Source: Octopus vulgaris (taxonomy: Eukaryota). From it: 64,000 nucleotides of DNA. Made by a program: the position numbers and the translations under genes. Below, piece by piece: positions 12,160 through 25,931 of this stretch (positions are counted from its first letter, which is position 1; every line of letters begins with the position of its first letter). The stretch spans positions 9,176,001-9,240,000 of the forward strand of contig OX597832.1 in assembly GCA_951406725.2 (NCBI GenBank). The letters are read 5' to 3'. The notes under the pieces were generated by a model, which searched no databases, was not told where the DNA came from, and worked only from the letters and a program-made list of their open reading frames with translations.

Positions 12160-13421
12160 CGAGGGGTGTATGTAAAGTTTTGAGCCTAACCTTGAAACTG
12201 GGCTGCTAGGTAGTTAAACAATTTTTTCTGGTAAGAACAGTCTTTTCTGAGTATTTTCGCTCAGTTTCATGATTCTGGTACTTTAATTTTTTTGCTGCAG
12301 ATTTTTGAATCAAGAAGTGTCGAGGTTACAAGGAAGATGGAGAAAACTGAGTATCGTACTGTCATAAAGTACCTTCATTTGAAAGGCATGAAGATATGAC
12401 GAGAAACTTAACCGACAATGCTCCTTCATTTGCAACAGTCGAACACTGGGTTAATGTATTCCAGCGTGACAGGGAGACTGTGGAAGATGATTCTCAGACC
12501 AGGGAGATCTCCAACTGCAATCATCAAGGACAGCATTTTCCTTGCTCTTGGTATGATAATGCGAGATCGTCGAATACCATCTCGTCAGTTAGCTGAGAGA
12601 CTGGGTATCTCAACTGAAAGTGTAGACAACAATCTGACAAAAGAACTTGGGTTCTCAAGGTTTCTGCAAAGTGGGTGCCTCGCTTTTTGACTCCTGAACA
12701 GAAACGCACCAGGTGCACTTTGTCCACGAGCATTCTGGAACTGTTTGAAACTGATGAAGAGAAATGTGTTGCTCATTTCATTACTATGGACGGAAGTTCG
12801 GTTCATCACTACCAGCCTGAAACCAAAGAACAATGAAATCAGTGGAAGCACACATCACCTCCTACCCCAAAGAAGGCCAGGGTCATTCCTTCAGCTGGCA
12901 ATGTCATGGCGTTAGTTTGCTGATCAATTACCTTGAAAAGGGTCACACTGTGACAAGGCTGTATTATTCTCAGCTACTGAAACACCTCTGAGAAGCAATC
13001 AAAGAAATAAGGCCGGGTATGCTCACCAGAGGATTCTTTTTTCCTCACAACAATGCTCAAGCACACACCTCAGTGTTTGCCATGGCAACAATTCGTGATT
13101 GTGGATACGAACTCCGCCTTTTTCCGTGTTCCTTGTTTCCTTGTTCCGCATCCGCCTTTTTCGCCAGGCTTAACCCCCTCTGACTTTCATCTATTTCGAA
13201 AAATGAAAAAAGCACTGGCTGGTCGCCATTTTGCCAGTGACAATGATATCATAGACGCTTGGAGTCGCAAACAAAAGGGTGCCTCTACACCGAGATAATG
13301 GCGCTTCAACACCGCTGGAGAAAGTGTTCCGTCATGCAGGAGGACTATGTTGAAAAATAAATCATCAGAATTCTTGTACTATTTCTTTTTTTTAGGCTGA
13401 AGACTTTTCATACACCCCTCA
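12160..13421 (+). mobile_element. Full-length mariner (DD34D-type) DNA transposon, inactive
   Basis: ~30-bp TIRs CGAGGGGTGTATGTAAAGTTTTGAGCCTAA / TTAGGCTGAAGACTTTTCATACACCCCTCA (4 mismatches); TA on both sides (12158-59, 13422-23); 1.26 kb. Confidence 0.95.
12337..13360 (+). pseudogene. Mariner transposase pseudogene
   Basis: Begins MEKTEYRTVIKYLHLKG. Contains KWVPRFLTPEQK (WVPHEL motif), ITMDGSSVHHYQPETK (first D), HNNAQAH (decayed HDNA) and PHPPFSPGLTPSDFHLF (YSPDLAPSD), and ends DYVEK*. Multiple frameshifts and stops. Confidence 0.93.
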
Positions 13422-13547
13422 TACATACATACGTACACACAAAACATGAACTAAAAATTTATCTTGTAATTTTGTTGTATTATGTATTTCATTGTATTTT
13501 TGGTTACTGATTTGCTCCCATTTTAAATTTACCTATATTTATCTACA

Positions 13548-13760
<213 letters not shown>

Positions 13761-14489
13761 TCTATCTAGCCATTCATCTATATATCTATATATCTAAATT
13801 TTGGATACATAAGTATATATCTTAAACTTTACATATACAAACATACACGCTTACATACTTACTTACTTAGATACATAGGTATGTGTGTGTGTTTGTGTGT
13901 TTATAATACGGCAAGCTTCTGCTCCATTTTAGAGTAACAGATCTAAGAATTCACTGAATAACTATTAGATCCAACCGCATATACAGCATGTTTCACATGA
14001 CGTAGGCACACTGTATTAGAATAAAACACGGGTCATGTTATCGTGAAACCGATTCCGCAAACATATGTCTATGACAAAAAAAAAGCATTACCGGAAATTG
14101 CAAAGTCGGGGCTCTATGAATCCGATTCCTTTTATATGAATATTAATTAAGAAACAGCAGTATTTTCTGAAGTGCGGAAACTTCTGACATCCACATATAT
14201 ATTCATTCCGCTGTGTTGAATGTGTTTCCTGCACTTCAATAATACCTAGTTTATTGTGGTTATAAACAAATTCAGTAGCTTTATGCTTTTGAAAAACTGA
14301 TAATTGTGTGGATCTTACATAAACCTAACGCAAGAAAGCGTAATATGCAAAAATTATCTAAGGAATATATTATTTACTGAAAAAGTATGGAGACTGGTGC
14401 AATAAAACGAAATATTGAGCGCAGATCAATTCGGCAAATAAACCTACCTTGACGTTGTCAGCTTATGAAACCACAGATTTTATTCTGCG

Positions 14490-14620
14490 TCGTTTACGTT
14501 GATAAAATCATACCTGAACCATCTTTAGGACAGAGAGCAGCAGACGGGTTCCATTCTCTTGGATTTCTTCGACGTCTTGAAATATTGTTCCTTTCATGTG
14601 GGATTTCATTTTGGAAAGAT
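14490..14620 (-). mobile_element. Short mariner transposase C-terminal remnant
   Basis: Minus strand translates KMKSHMKGTIFQDVEEIQENGTRLL, resembling the LFPKLK..LKG.RF..VEEI segment that follows the YSPDLAP motif of mariner transposases. Confidence 0.55.
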
Positions 14621-14945
14621 TCTTGCCCGTAATAACACTCAAACTGTCTGTTACCAACACACATATTCAATCACGCGCGCACACATACTTTCTCTGCCGT
14701 GATTAATGACATAAACAATGAGACGTGGTGAGACCACAACACTCTGCAAGCTTTAATTCCAAGCACAGTATAAACAAAATATATGAGCAAAGACATTGTA
14801 AATTATTGTGCATGCGCGACAGGATTCAAGATCAATCTGAGTCTAACGGCTTCACTCTGCGTATGCTAGCTCCGTTTCCACAACAGTCCCAATACTTTTG
14901 GTCAGATCACGTATACACACATACACACATACACAAACACGCACA

Positions 14946-15034
<89 letters not shown>

Positions 15035-15250
15035 GGCGAGCTGGCAGAAAACGTTAGCATGCCGTGCGAAATGCTTAGCGGTATTTCGTCTGTCTTTACT
15101 TTCTGAGTTCAAATTCCGCCGAGGTCGACTTTGCCTTTCATCCTTTCAGGGTCGATAAATTAAGTACCAGTTGTGTACTGGAGTCGATCTAATCGACAGG
15201 TCCCATCCCCTAAAATTTCGGGCCTTGTGCTTTGAATAAAATAGAATATT
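15035..15250 (+). mobile_element. tRNA-derived SINE family A, full-length
   Basis: Head GGCGAGCTGGCAGAA (A-box-like), GAGTTCAAATTCC (B-box), central GCCTTTCATCCTTTC.GGGTCGATAAATTAAGTACCAG; at least 8 related pieces in the window; follows a (CA)n tract. Confidence 0.88.
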
Positions 15251-17869
15251 ACAGAAAGTTAGTGAGCCCCCCCCCAAAAAAAAAAGCGAGAGATATTACA
15301 TAATTAAAGTAAGGAAAATTACGTCCTGTAACCGTGCATCTTCATAAATTTGAATGGTACTGTATCGACCCAGCCATACAACAATAATCTTGCTTCAGGC
15401 AGGACATGAACTCAAACTCCTATCATAGATTATGCTTGCCGGGAGCGTGCCAATACAGTGCAGCAATAACCGCTGTAGAAATGGAACAACGTCTTTATCT
15501 TTACGTTTGAGAAAATAACGATTTTTATCTGAAGCTTTGACTTGGTTTTTATTGATTGATATGTTGGAATTTATCTTTATTCAGCGGTGAAATCGCTTTT
15601 CCTTTTGAACTTTTTTCACAAATACGATTTACTAAGATAGCATAATATCATGAAGTGTAAAGATTAGAAAACTGTATTAGTAATTTCAAACGCACGATAT
15701 ATGATTTCCTCTTCAATAAGCGAAAGGCCAGTTTTCCGAATACAGACTTATAATCAATTGAATAAGTTAATATATTTGTTAGAAGCTCTGCCTCCATTTT
15801 GATTAATAAAATCAAATAATTTTGTCAATTATATATAAATGTTTCAGTTACAAATGGGAGATTGAAAATGCTAGTATAAGTACAATATATATATAAGTCA
15901 TATCTTTTGGTTTCTCTTCAACTAATGATTAAATGATATGAGGAAATATCATAATCCATCAATGATACGGCTATCGATCTTGTCTATATATTTAAATATA
16001 TGTATACTCTCTCAATAATGTCATTTTCTCTATGGTATATACGATTTACTAAGATAGCATAATATAGTATATAACCCTGCTTTTAATTCATCTCTGATGT
16101 TCTTAAGATGTATATGAATTCGCACCATCATATTGAACAGATCCACATATACAGTCACAAACATCATATTAATGCAAATAAAAATGTATTCTTAATTATT
16201 TTTTATTACATAAAACGCAGAGTATATATTATATATAACTTTAATCATCTATGTAAACGACTGTGTGTGGTTGAAACTGTTGCTCTTTATCAAGACATCT
16301 TGATTTAAATTTGAGCCAACTATCTCAGTTTAACGAGCATATTATCTATTTTATTGCATGAGTTAGTAACCACAAAGGCAAATGGTTTTGCAGCAAAATA
16401 TCTTAAAATTGCAACATATCGTTTTTAAAATCATGTATACACACATTGGATAATATAGTCTCAAAGAATCGGGATGGTCACGTATGAAATACGCTTCTGG
16501 CTAACTAGCATTCTCTTTGAATTGATCAGCACAGTGTGTGCACATAGGTGTGTATAAATTCAGATAAAAATATACTCTGCAATTAGGGAAATGAACAATT
16601 TAATACACTACATGATCAGACTATTGTTATTTCGAAATGATGCGAAAGGCATCATCTCATGGAATTACAATATAAATTTTGACATGGCATTACGCAATTC
16701 CTTCAACAGATTGCAGACGAATACGTGTATTCTAAGCAATCGGAGAGCATAAAGTACGTAAGCAAACTATTTTAATTCAGGTCTTTTTTCTGATAAATAT
16801 AACATCGGTTCAATGAACTTAAACATCATAACCTATTTTGTTGATGGATCACAAGCGATCGAGATACTATTTGAAATCAATGCATTAGGATCAACAATGC
16901 ATTACGTGAGCGTATTTAGCCATGTTCTCATTCCTTTGTAATACAATTACAAAGACAGCCTAAAGAAATTAAAATAATCTAGCCTTTTACATTAGCTTTC
17001 CATCCAATCAGAACTAATTTGATTATGGAATGCTTACACATTGCGATTGGCTCTTTATATTTACATGTAAACTAAATTTAATGCATTTTTACTGTATTGA
17101 TTTCCTAACATTTTTTGGTTTAAAGAGAATACATTTTCATCAATGAATTTTCATTGAAATAAAACTAGGAATGTTCTCATGTCAAAAGACTCTACTAAAC
17201 ATTGCACAGTTTAACTTGTGTCATTGTTATAATTTTACAAAAGCTGTATACACTAATGTTACAGTAGATTACATAACATTCTCGAAGATTCTTTATACAT
17301 TTCTAAAATCCATTTTCTGCCTTAACACCTAAAATGAAAGCATTTTATGCACACCATTGCACAGCCATCTAATCCTCCTTCATCCTGGCTATATTCCCCT
17401 AATGTAACGGTTCTGCAACTCGGTTATCAATTCTATTCATGATACTTTCGTTAGACGAATTTCTACATCATATATAGAGCGGTAAAACGTAAAATTGCAT
17501 TAACATATTGAATTTCAATTTGGTAATTTCCTAGTTTATGCTGCACCACGCTTCATTTGCTTTTCTTTTATTATATTTAGGAACAAGGTATGCTTGTGTA
17601 ATATAAGCCTATACGAGCTTTTATGAGTAAATATACCTAACAGTGTGTGTATAATTACTTTATCGTAGGCCTTAGTCATCACACGTATATATGTGCAAAT
17701 GTACCTCTATTCGTGTGATAGTAGAACCTTTATAGAAATCTACTACCTCTTCAAAATAGTTTGGGTGTTTATTCTAGGAGAAAAGAGTGCTTTTTTATAT
17801 TCATACATACGTATTCCCTATTACACACATATTTACAATCATGTACATGTGTATGTGTTTGTGTATTCA

Positions 17870-17965
<96 letters not shown>

Positions 17966-17983
17966 CACCTACCTCTCTATCTG

Positions 17984-18032
<49 letters not shown>

Positions 18033-19337
18033 GTATCTATCTATCTATCTATACACCTATATATCTATCTATCTAGCTAGCCTAGCTATACAAACGCACA
18101 CGCGTACATACACACGCATACATACATATATACATATACACGCATACGTACATATAAACACGTACACACGCATACACACATACACACAAATATATATATA
18201 CAAATTAAATTTTGAATTAAAGGATTAACATTTAGAAAGGTGGTGTTAAATGGAGCATCGAAGACTTGTTTCAGGGTAAGTCCCAGGTAGAGTTCCTGCA
18301 GAGAACATTTTATCCCTTATTGTTCATCATGCGTCATCAGTGATACTGTGCGTTCTTCTTTGGATGTACGTTCGGAATTTCGCGGTAAGCGTAGGGTATA
18401 TTTTAAATAATTAATACAGAAAACGGAGTGTTAACAAGAAGATTATTAGCACAATTATCAGCTTCATTCTGCCCTGGTCCCTAGTAACTGTGGGTCAATG
18501 TAATGGCGATCTAATGAGGATCTCATTGCATCGTCCAAGCCCACCGGAGAACAGTGCAGATGAATCCGAAACGATTGTTACACTAATAAAATTTGTACCT
18601 ACACTTCGTTTTCAGTGTCAAAGATTTAGTTTATATATACATCTAATTACAAGATATGTTAACCTCGGGAAGGGATGGCCCAGTATTGTTGGGGAATGAC
18701 ATTCCCTTAAAACAATAGGCATATATTAATCATACAGTTTATATCATTTCTGCTCAAATGAATTAATAGGTCCACATATAACATCTCAAGGCAAACCTAA
18801 TTGTTTTTTCTCTGATGAAATTATGCTCATGTCACATAAATGAAAATCAGATGTGCAAATTTGTAATTAAAGTATTGAGTGTTTTTTGAAACGGCTGTAA
18901 GGCGCGAAGACGACTAACTTCTTAATAATAAATACTTGTTTGTTTCTTTATCTCCGTTTTCTTTTCTTCTTTGCTAAGCACTTTGTTTCTCTCTTTCACT
19001 ATAGCTCTTCAACAAACTTTTTAACCATGTCATTTCCCACTTCATATCTTTCACATTTCTATCTTTCTCTACACCTCTCACTTCCAGTAGCCACATGTGG
19101 GACAGCATATTGCATCTGTCGCCTATCTACTCTCTCACTGACTCTCATAGCCCCTCTTCCTTTCTGTCGCATTCCCTCTTCCTCTCTTTCACATCATCTC
19201 TCCCTCTCTCTCACTCCATCTCCTCTCTAAAAAAAAACTAAAACGTAAAGTGTGAACGAGCAGGTTGGAAAATATTAGCAATTTAGTTTTTAAAAAAATA
19301 TCCTTTTCACTATCAATACACCATCTCCACCACAACT

Positions 19338-19371
<34 letters not shown>

Positions 19372-20179
19372 ATATAGTTTTCAGTAACAAAGCTAATTTC
19401 AGTCCATCTGTTTCTCTATAACTACTTTTTCTTGCCGTCGAAATGTCTATACTCCGGAAAGACGATGGCTATATTCCCCCCTCTCTCGTTTACTCTTCCC
19501 CTCTTTCACCCTCTCTCTCTCACTCTTCCTGTGTGTGTGTCTGTCTCTCTGACAATGTATCTGCTTCTCCTGTCCATCTATTTCTAGCTAACTTCATTTA
19601 AACTCACCTCACTGAGCAACACCCTCTGCTAAATATTGTATACTAAATACATCACTTTGTCTTTATCTTTCCCTCTCAATCCTATAGCACGCATTTAACA
19701 CTGCTCTCTCCCTCTTCTCTCTCACCGTTTTTCTTTTCCTCTTTCCCTCTTCCTCTAACTATTTACATGACTCATTTGGCCTTATAGTTTATTAATACTA
19801 AGTTTCTCTACTGCTTTACTTTTCTGTTGCCATTCTCCCTCTTCGTTTCTCACATTTACTCCACCCTCACTCACTTCATCTCCGCCTTTCTAACTAACTA
19901 ATGTATAACGAGTGAAAGAACAAGCTGATTACTATATAGATTATAATACGAAACAGATTATATTAAGAGAACAATCGCTATCATTCGATTTTGCATCGGT
20001 TTGACACAGTATTAATTTATACCTGTAGCGCAGGATGCTACTACAGAATGCCCCATTTGAACTTCCTGCCCTTTCATATAATTGCTTTCAGGACTTTAAG
20101 TCTTATAGTCATAGTGACTTCACAGCCAAAAAATAAAAAAGAACAAAAACAAAGATAAAATGACAAAAGGATAACAATA

Positions 20180-21000
20180 AATACCCAAATAACACTCCAT
20201 GACTAGACAAGTTCGACATAGTTTTACATATCCTTAAGTCTCATATTAGTTTCTAAAATTAGGAAGTTGCAACAGTGTTTAAGTGAATGTAAACAAATCT
20301 TTCGTAAGTATCCAAGGCATCGCAAACCGTTTTACTGTGAACTATCCAGTTTTCTTCTTGTTACCCAACACATAACAAAAGCATAATGTCGAATATAACA
20401 AAGAATAAATTCAAAAGGTATCGAGTTTTGAACGAGGAAATAAAACAAAAAAATTCAAGAATTAAATCAAATACTACATGATAGCAGTAACCAGTTCATT
20501 TAATTTTGTGTATTTCAAGAACTATAAATGACAAAAAAAATTAATCACAGACAAAAAATACAGACATCTAAAACATCATAGATCAAAAGATTTTAGCATT
20601 GAACCATAGCTCTCCCCACTAAAAATAGTACTCAGAATACACAAGATATTCAAACGGAAATGACAACGAAAATCTTTAAAATCCTACAAAAACCTCTGCA
20701 TGTGATACGCTGAAAGCCACACCAGTAGTCAAAAAGTCCTACACGATCTAAATGCGGAATCATTTTAAAGAATTCCAAGTGCATTTTAACATTTTTGCTT
20801 CAGAAAAAAAAAAGGAAAGGAAGAAAAAGGACATATTATTTTAACATCGCTTGGTGCAGAAAACAAAATAGACACGCCGCAGGGGAAATGGCATCGATTT
20901 TAATTCAGAATGCAATGAACTTAACTTTTAAGCTCTTTAAAATTTTAAGAACAAGTTACCTCGACTGTCAATATTTTAACTAATGCTTCGCTAACGTTTG
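20180..21000 (+). mobile_element. Highly degraded Penelope-like RT/linker remnant
   Basis: Colinear weak motifs: KFDIV (~20210), CELSSFLL (~20335) and RKRTYYFNIAW...GEM...KLFKIL (20820-20950; cf. RKRNIIWFNPP..GK.F..L.KIF of PLEs and the better copy at 62802). Confidence 0.4.
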
Positions 21001-21119
21001 ATCATGTTAATCACATTTTTTCCGTTTAATTTATTTCAAATTAATCAAGAAAATATTCTTCACTAAAATATTATTCCTGTTAGTATGTCTTGTATTTTAC
21101 GTAATGTTACACTAAGCTA

Positions 21120-21600
21120 AAATCGGAATTATGTGCAGGAATGTCTCAAGCTGAAAATTATTCGATAATATGTTCAGTCATGCTATTTCGAAGAGAAATC
21201 TGGAATATAACACTCCATCGCTATTTCTCTTTCTGGCGAATCAAGATAGAAATGCTATATATGAAATGTTGCTACGGTGGTGGAAAAGTCCAAGAAGAAC
21301 GGTTTTGCGGAAAGGGTAAGAACATGTCAGGTGGATCGAATTGAAGCATCATGATTTTGAACGAGAGAATGGATTGATGTATATGTTGTACAATAGAGGA
21401 GGGGTTATATGTAATGTAACAAGCTAGATGATAGAGGAGAGAAAATCGAATTGGACACTAAATACGGACAGTATATTACTCATGTGGATATACAATTAAA
21501 ACGAATATTACAGGACGGAAGAGAAAATCTGGTGATAATATAGCGGTAGAAGTAAAGGTGTGATATATTCGGATGGGATAATGGGAATTACGTAATACAT
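21120..21600 (+). mobile_element. Degraded RTE-like LINE 3' remnant
   Basis: ICSVMLFRREIWNIT resembles the ..PVMLYGSETW.LT motif C-terminal to RTE reverse transcriptases; purine-rich strand bias; otherwise eroded. Confidence 0.35.
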
Positions 21601-21699
21601 CGCTACAGACACACATCCATATACACACAAACATATTCAAAACAAAATTTCTTAATCACTCTCATTAAGGCAAATTAATTATCGCAATTCAAAACTTAG

Positions 21700-21890
21700 C
21701 GTTAGTTTCAAAATTTTGCAAAAAACTAGCGAGTAGGGAGAAAGGGAACAAGGCGATAATATGGGCACCAACGCTCAACTGGAGCTTATTTTATCAACAT
21801 CGAAACGATGAAAGTCAGAAATTAAAGGCAGACGAAATGGCGCTGTGCATTTTGCACGACGCACTAACGGTTCAATTAGTTAATCGTCTA
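21700..21890 (-). mobile_element. Degraded SINE family A copy
   Basis: CTTATTTTATCAACATCGAAACGATGAAAG and GACGAAATGGCGCTGTGCATTTTGCACGACGCACTAACG are reverse complements of family A core and head. Confidence 0.6.
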
Positions 21891-22114
21891 ATTAAGAACT
21901 TGATATTAAGATGATATTTATGCCCACTGAGACATGAATCTTCTGTTAGAACAAAGTTTACTGCGGTATATAGCACGAGAGTTTCTCTGAGAGTGTCTTT
22001 TGGTGCACAATTATCAAAAGACAATATCATAATATCTCTCATGATATCTACCGCTGCATAATTTCATCTAACAACATCCGCGTATAAGTTAGCATAGGTA
22101 TTAATGCCGCCTCG

Positions 22115-22254
<140 letters not shown>

Positions 22255-22273
22255 GTGTGTGTGTGTCAGTGTA

Positions 22274-22584
22274 GGTGCAATGGTCCAGTGGTTAGAGCAG
22301 CGGACTCGGGGTTGGAGGATCGCGGTTTCGATTCCCAGACCGGGTGTTGTGTGCTTGTTGAGCGAAAACAACTAAAGCTCCACGAGGTTCCGGCAGGGGG
22401 TGGTGGGGTAGCGACACCTGTTGTACTCTTTTGTCCCAACTTTCTTTCACTCTTTCTTTCTGTTTCTTGAGTAAAGCTGCTATGGACTGGCGTCCAGTCC
22501 AGCTGGGGGGAACACGTACGCCATAGAAACCGGGAAACGGGGCCCATGAGCCTGGGTAGGCTTGAAAAGGGCGCACAAATAAAA
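22274..22584 (+). mobile_element. tRNA-derived SINE family C (V-domain-like)
   Basis: tRNA-like head TGGTCCAGTGGTTAGAGCAGCGGACTC...GGTTTCGATTCCC (A/B boxes); internal GC.ATGGACTGGCGTCC.GTCCAG resembles the V-SINE domain; homologues at 23441 (-) and 34026 (+). Confidence 0.85.
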
Positions 22585-23065
22585 TTACGATGTATCTTAT
22601 ACATAGTGTCTACATACCTTATTGAAGTGTTAAAGGAACAGTTAAATTGGCCGTGTTAGAGTGTGGTGTCATTTGATTCCGAGCTACGATTGTCACCATA
22701 TATATCTGGTTATAACCCAGAAAAGGGAGAATATGTTGCAATTTCATATGTCTGCTTCCTCTATAGTATTCACAAGTTTCCAAAGATGCTGACTCGCAGG
22801 CTACCACAAAATGTAAACGACACTAGTGAAATTTCCTTACTTATATCTTATGACGTAATCTATGAATACACTAAAATAGTCCTACAGAAACATTTGTCGC
22901 AAATTTTAAACCTCATTTGTGTCCTTATTTACACTTATGCGACAGAAGATAAATTCTACTACCTTAATGTTCTTAAAATTCAAATCGACATATCTGCCTA
23001 TATATTTACCCACTCTATAATGTTATCAATTAACATGAAAATATGTATTGATGGAAAACCTCAAT

Positions 23066-23156
23066 AAATGCCTGATGATTGCTCAATATTTTAAAACTGC
23101 TGTAATGCTTACAATGTTTAATAAAATGATGTAGCCTGAAACGATCGTACCAAATT
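23066..23156 (+). ncRNA. Degenerate minimal hammerhead ribozyme motif (PLE type)
   Basis: CTGATGA (23072-78) ... GAAAC-GATC-GTA (23138-49) with palindromic stem III; stems I and II only partly paired. Confidence 0.45.
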
Positions 23157-23292
23157 ACCGAATATATTCTTGTTCCTTATTTTTATTTTGATTATAATCA
23201 CCCCATGGATTTATATGGATAACACCATACAGAATTCTGGTGCATCTAACTTAAGTACCATATTCATATTCATTTAAATCTAAATTATGCTG

Positions 23293-23347
<55 letters not shown>

Positions 23348-23440
23348 GATATACGGTTTAAAATGGATTCGGTATTTACATATCTATATTATCCTACCAA
23401 CATCTGATAAGTTCATCGTTCTACGTTACTTTACCTATCT

Positions 23441-23727
23441 ATTTTAGTTTGTTCCTTCTCGAGCCATGCCTGGCTCATAAGGGCCGGTTTCTTGGTTTCC
23501 TTGGCGTATAGGTTCCCCACCTGGACGGGACGCCGGTAAGCTGCAAGATGCAAGAGGAAAGAGTTAGAGAAAGTTGTGGCAAAGGTGTCAGCAGGAGTTC
23601 GCTATCCCCTTCTGCCGGGTGGAGCTTGGTGTTTCGCTCATAAAACACACATCACCCAGTCTGAGATTCGAACCCGTAATCCCTCGAACGCGTGTCCGCT
23701 GTTCTAACCACTAGGTCATGTGCCTCC
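23441..23727 (-). mobile_element. SINE family C copy (diverged variant)
   Basis: Reverse complement gives a GGAGGCACATGACCTAGTGGTTAGAACAGCGGAC...GGTTCGAATCTC head and a GGAAACCAAGAAACCGGCCCTTATGAGCCAGGCATGGCTCGAGAAGG tail. Confidence 0.82.
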
Positions 23728-24175
23728 ACACTTATCTATTACTGGCTGTCCTACAAGTTGTTGCGGCTACATTCCATTCAATACTATAAATAATCAATAA
23801 GCGCAAACACACACTCTCTTTCTCTCTCTCTCTGTCTCTCTCTCTCTCTCTCACACACACAATTTCTCACACCTATACATGATGCATTTGTCGTGACAAA
23901 ATCATAATTATGTCTTATAATCCTAATTTGTAAATCTGATGAACGGAATATATTAATAGATGATAGCAGCAATTACAAAACCGTAATAGTATCAGAAATG
24001 CATTATGCATGAATAAGTGAAAATTTCAATGCCTTCATGCCTTAAAGTGGGGTAATGTAAAGTTTCTAGAATACTTGTAAAAGTGCACGTTACCATACCT
24101 TCAAAGTACATAATGCCTCCGTCGAGATGCTTGATAGATACCTTTTTATTATCTTTCTTAAATTCTAAATAATAC

Positions 24176-24307
<132 letters not shown>

Positions 24308-25931
24308 CACACACACACATATATATTTCTTCATAATAGCATATATAGATTGTTATAGTGCTATGCGATGCAAGTTCAGAAATAAAGTAATTTTATGCAG
24401 GAAGATCTGAGAATTTATTAATATCTAAATAGATATGAAATGTTTCGGAGGAACGTCTAACATTTTATTTCTCAAATGCTTATTAAATCAAATATGCGAG
24501 TGCACAATCATCCGGATTAAAGAAACACCATTATGAAACACATTAAACTGAAAGAATACAACATCATCAATATTCATATACCATATATGTCTGCATTACA
24601 TCTATATAATTTACAAGGTATACAAAGTGTAGGACGTAACTGCCCGAAAAAAAGGATCATCGTAGGAGTGGTATGATCTACATATTAGAAAAAAAATCAA
24701 ATTTCACTGAGATCGCAGCATCCGCCTGTGATCAGAGCATGACGCCGAATGCGCTCTGGGTTTCATGAATAAAGAGAAGGAATCGGATTAATCCCCTCTG
24801 GTATGTTTTAACCGTACTAAAAATAGAGGACAAATCTTGACAAATCATCTTAATAAACTGTAGAGAATATATGAAATAATAGAGCTTAAAACACGTAAAT
24901 AGCAGGATAGTTAAGGCGCAATATCAGCCGTCCCTTGGAGTTACTCATCACCAACATGATCTTGCTTGTGCATGTTTATTTATTTTTTTTTTTTAGAATA
25001 ATCAGTTTTAGACATCTCATTGGCATCCTCTATAGCGAATGATAAATTCATTTACAACAAAGGTTTCTCAATCATGGCATAGTATTAAATTATCACAACT
25101 TTCGAAGAAATGAATTAGCACTGATAAAAATCCCTTTTAAAGTCAGAAAGCGGATATTATATCTCACATGTTTCAAACAGATTTAAATAAAAAATATGAA
25201 ATTCAGTAACTCCCTAAATATAATTGTTATATTTGTAATGAGAATGTTACACATCCTTGCGGATATTACATCTGGAAAATGGATATGATACAATGCACAT
25301 GACGAGACAAGCGTTATTTATTATATCGCTATCTCTATATTTCTTGGAAAGAAAGACAAAAGCAAAAAAAAACAGTAAAGTAGAATAAATTCTAATCAAA
25401 TATAAGCTACAAACAAAATTACAACTACCATAATGTAAAAATGGAATCAGATAATGTTGGTAAGATATTTACGATACGGAAAGCTTTGATTAGTGAGAAA
25501 TGTAGCATTGAACAGATTTTAAGATAGTACTTTATTTACTTCAAAGGCAGCAAAATAGTGTTTTATTGTAGCATATAGGAATCGAGATGAAAAGTCGATC
25601 ATTCCATTATATCAATCAGAGTAAAATATTGGGAAGATTAACGTTCAAAAAGAAATGTCACACACTTTAAACAATAATAATACGTTTGAATTAAAACAAT
25701 GAAGACATGAATATTTCGCTTATACTAAAGTATTGATTACAGACAGAAGATAGGCACACGCACGTGCGCGCACACACACGCAAACGCATACATACAAATA
25801 TATATACACAGGCATACATAAATATATTAAATATATATTTCTATATATTTATAAATACATGCATATATGTATATCTATATTTATCTATCTATCTATCTCT
25901 ATATATCTATTTATCTATCTACCTATCTGAA

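Noticed and set aside
14510-14660. Apparent minus-strand coding exon with CAG|GTATGA donor
   Set aside because: The peptide resembles the mariner transposase C-terminus, so a transposon remnant is the simpler explanation.
16700-16765. mir-137 gene
   Set aside because: The hairpin is only ~39 nt and weakly paired, and the would-be mature arm lacks one internal base; kept only as a complementary-site finding.
18806-18860. CTGATGA-stem-GAAA hammerhead look-alike (also ~5915, ~18335 minus, ~30215, ~48655 minus)
   Set aside because: Missing stem I pairing and/or the NUH triplet; at best decayed remnants.
22274-22345. tRNA-like sequences here and at other SINE heads
   Set aside because: No complete cloverleaf; each continues into a SINE body.
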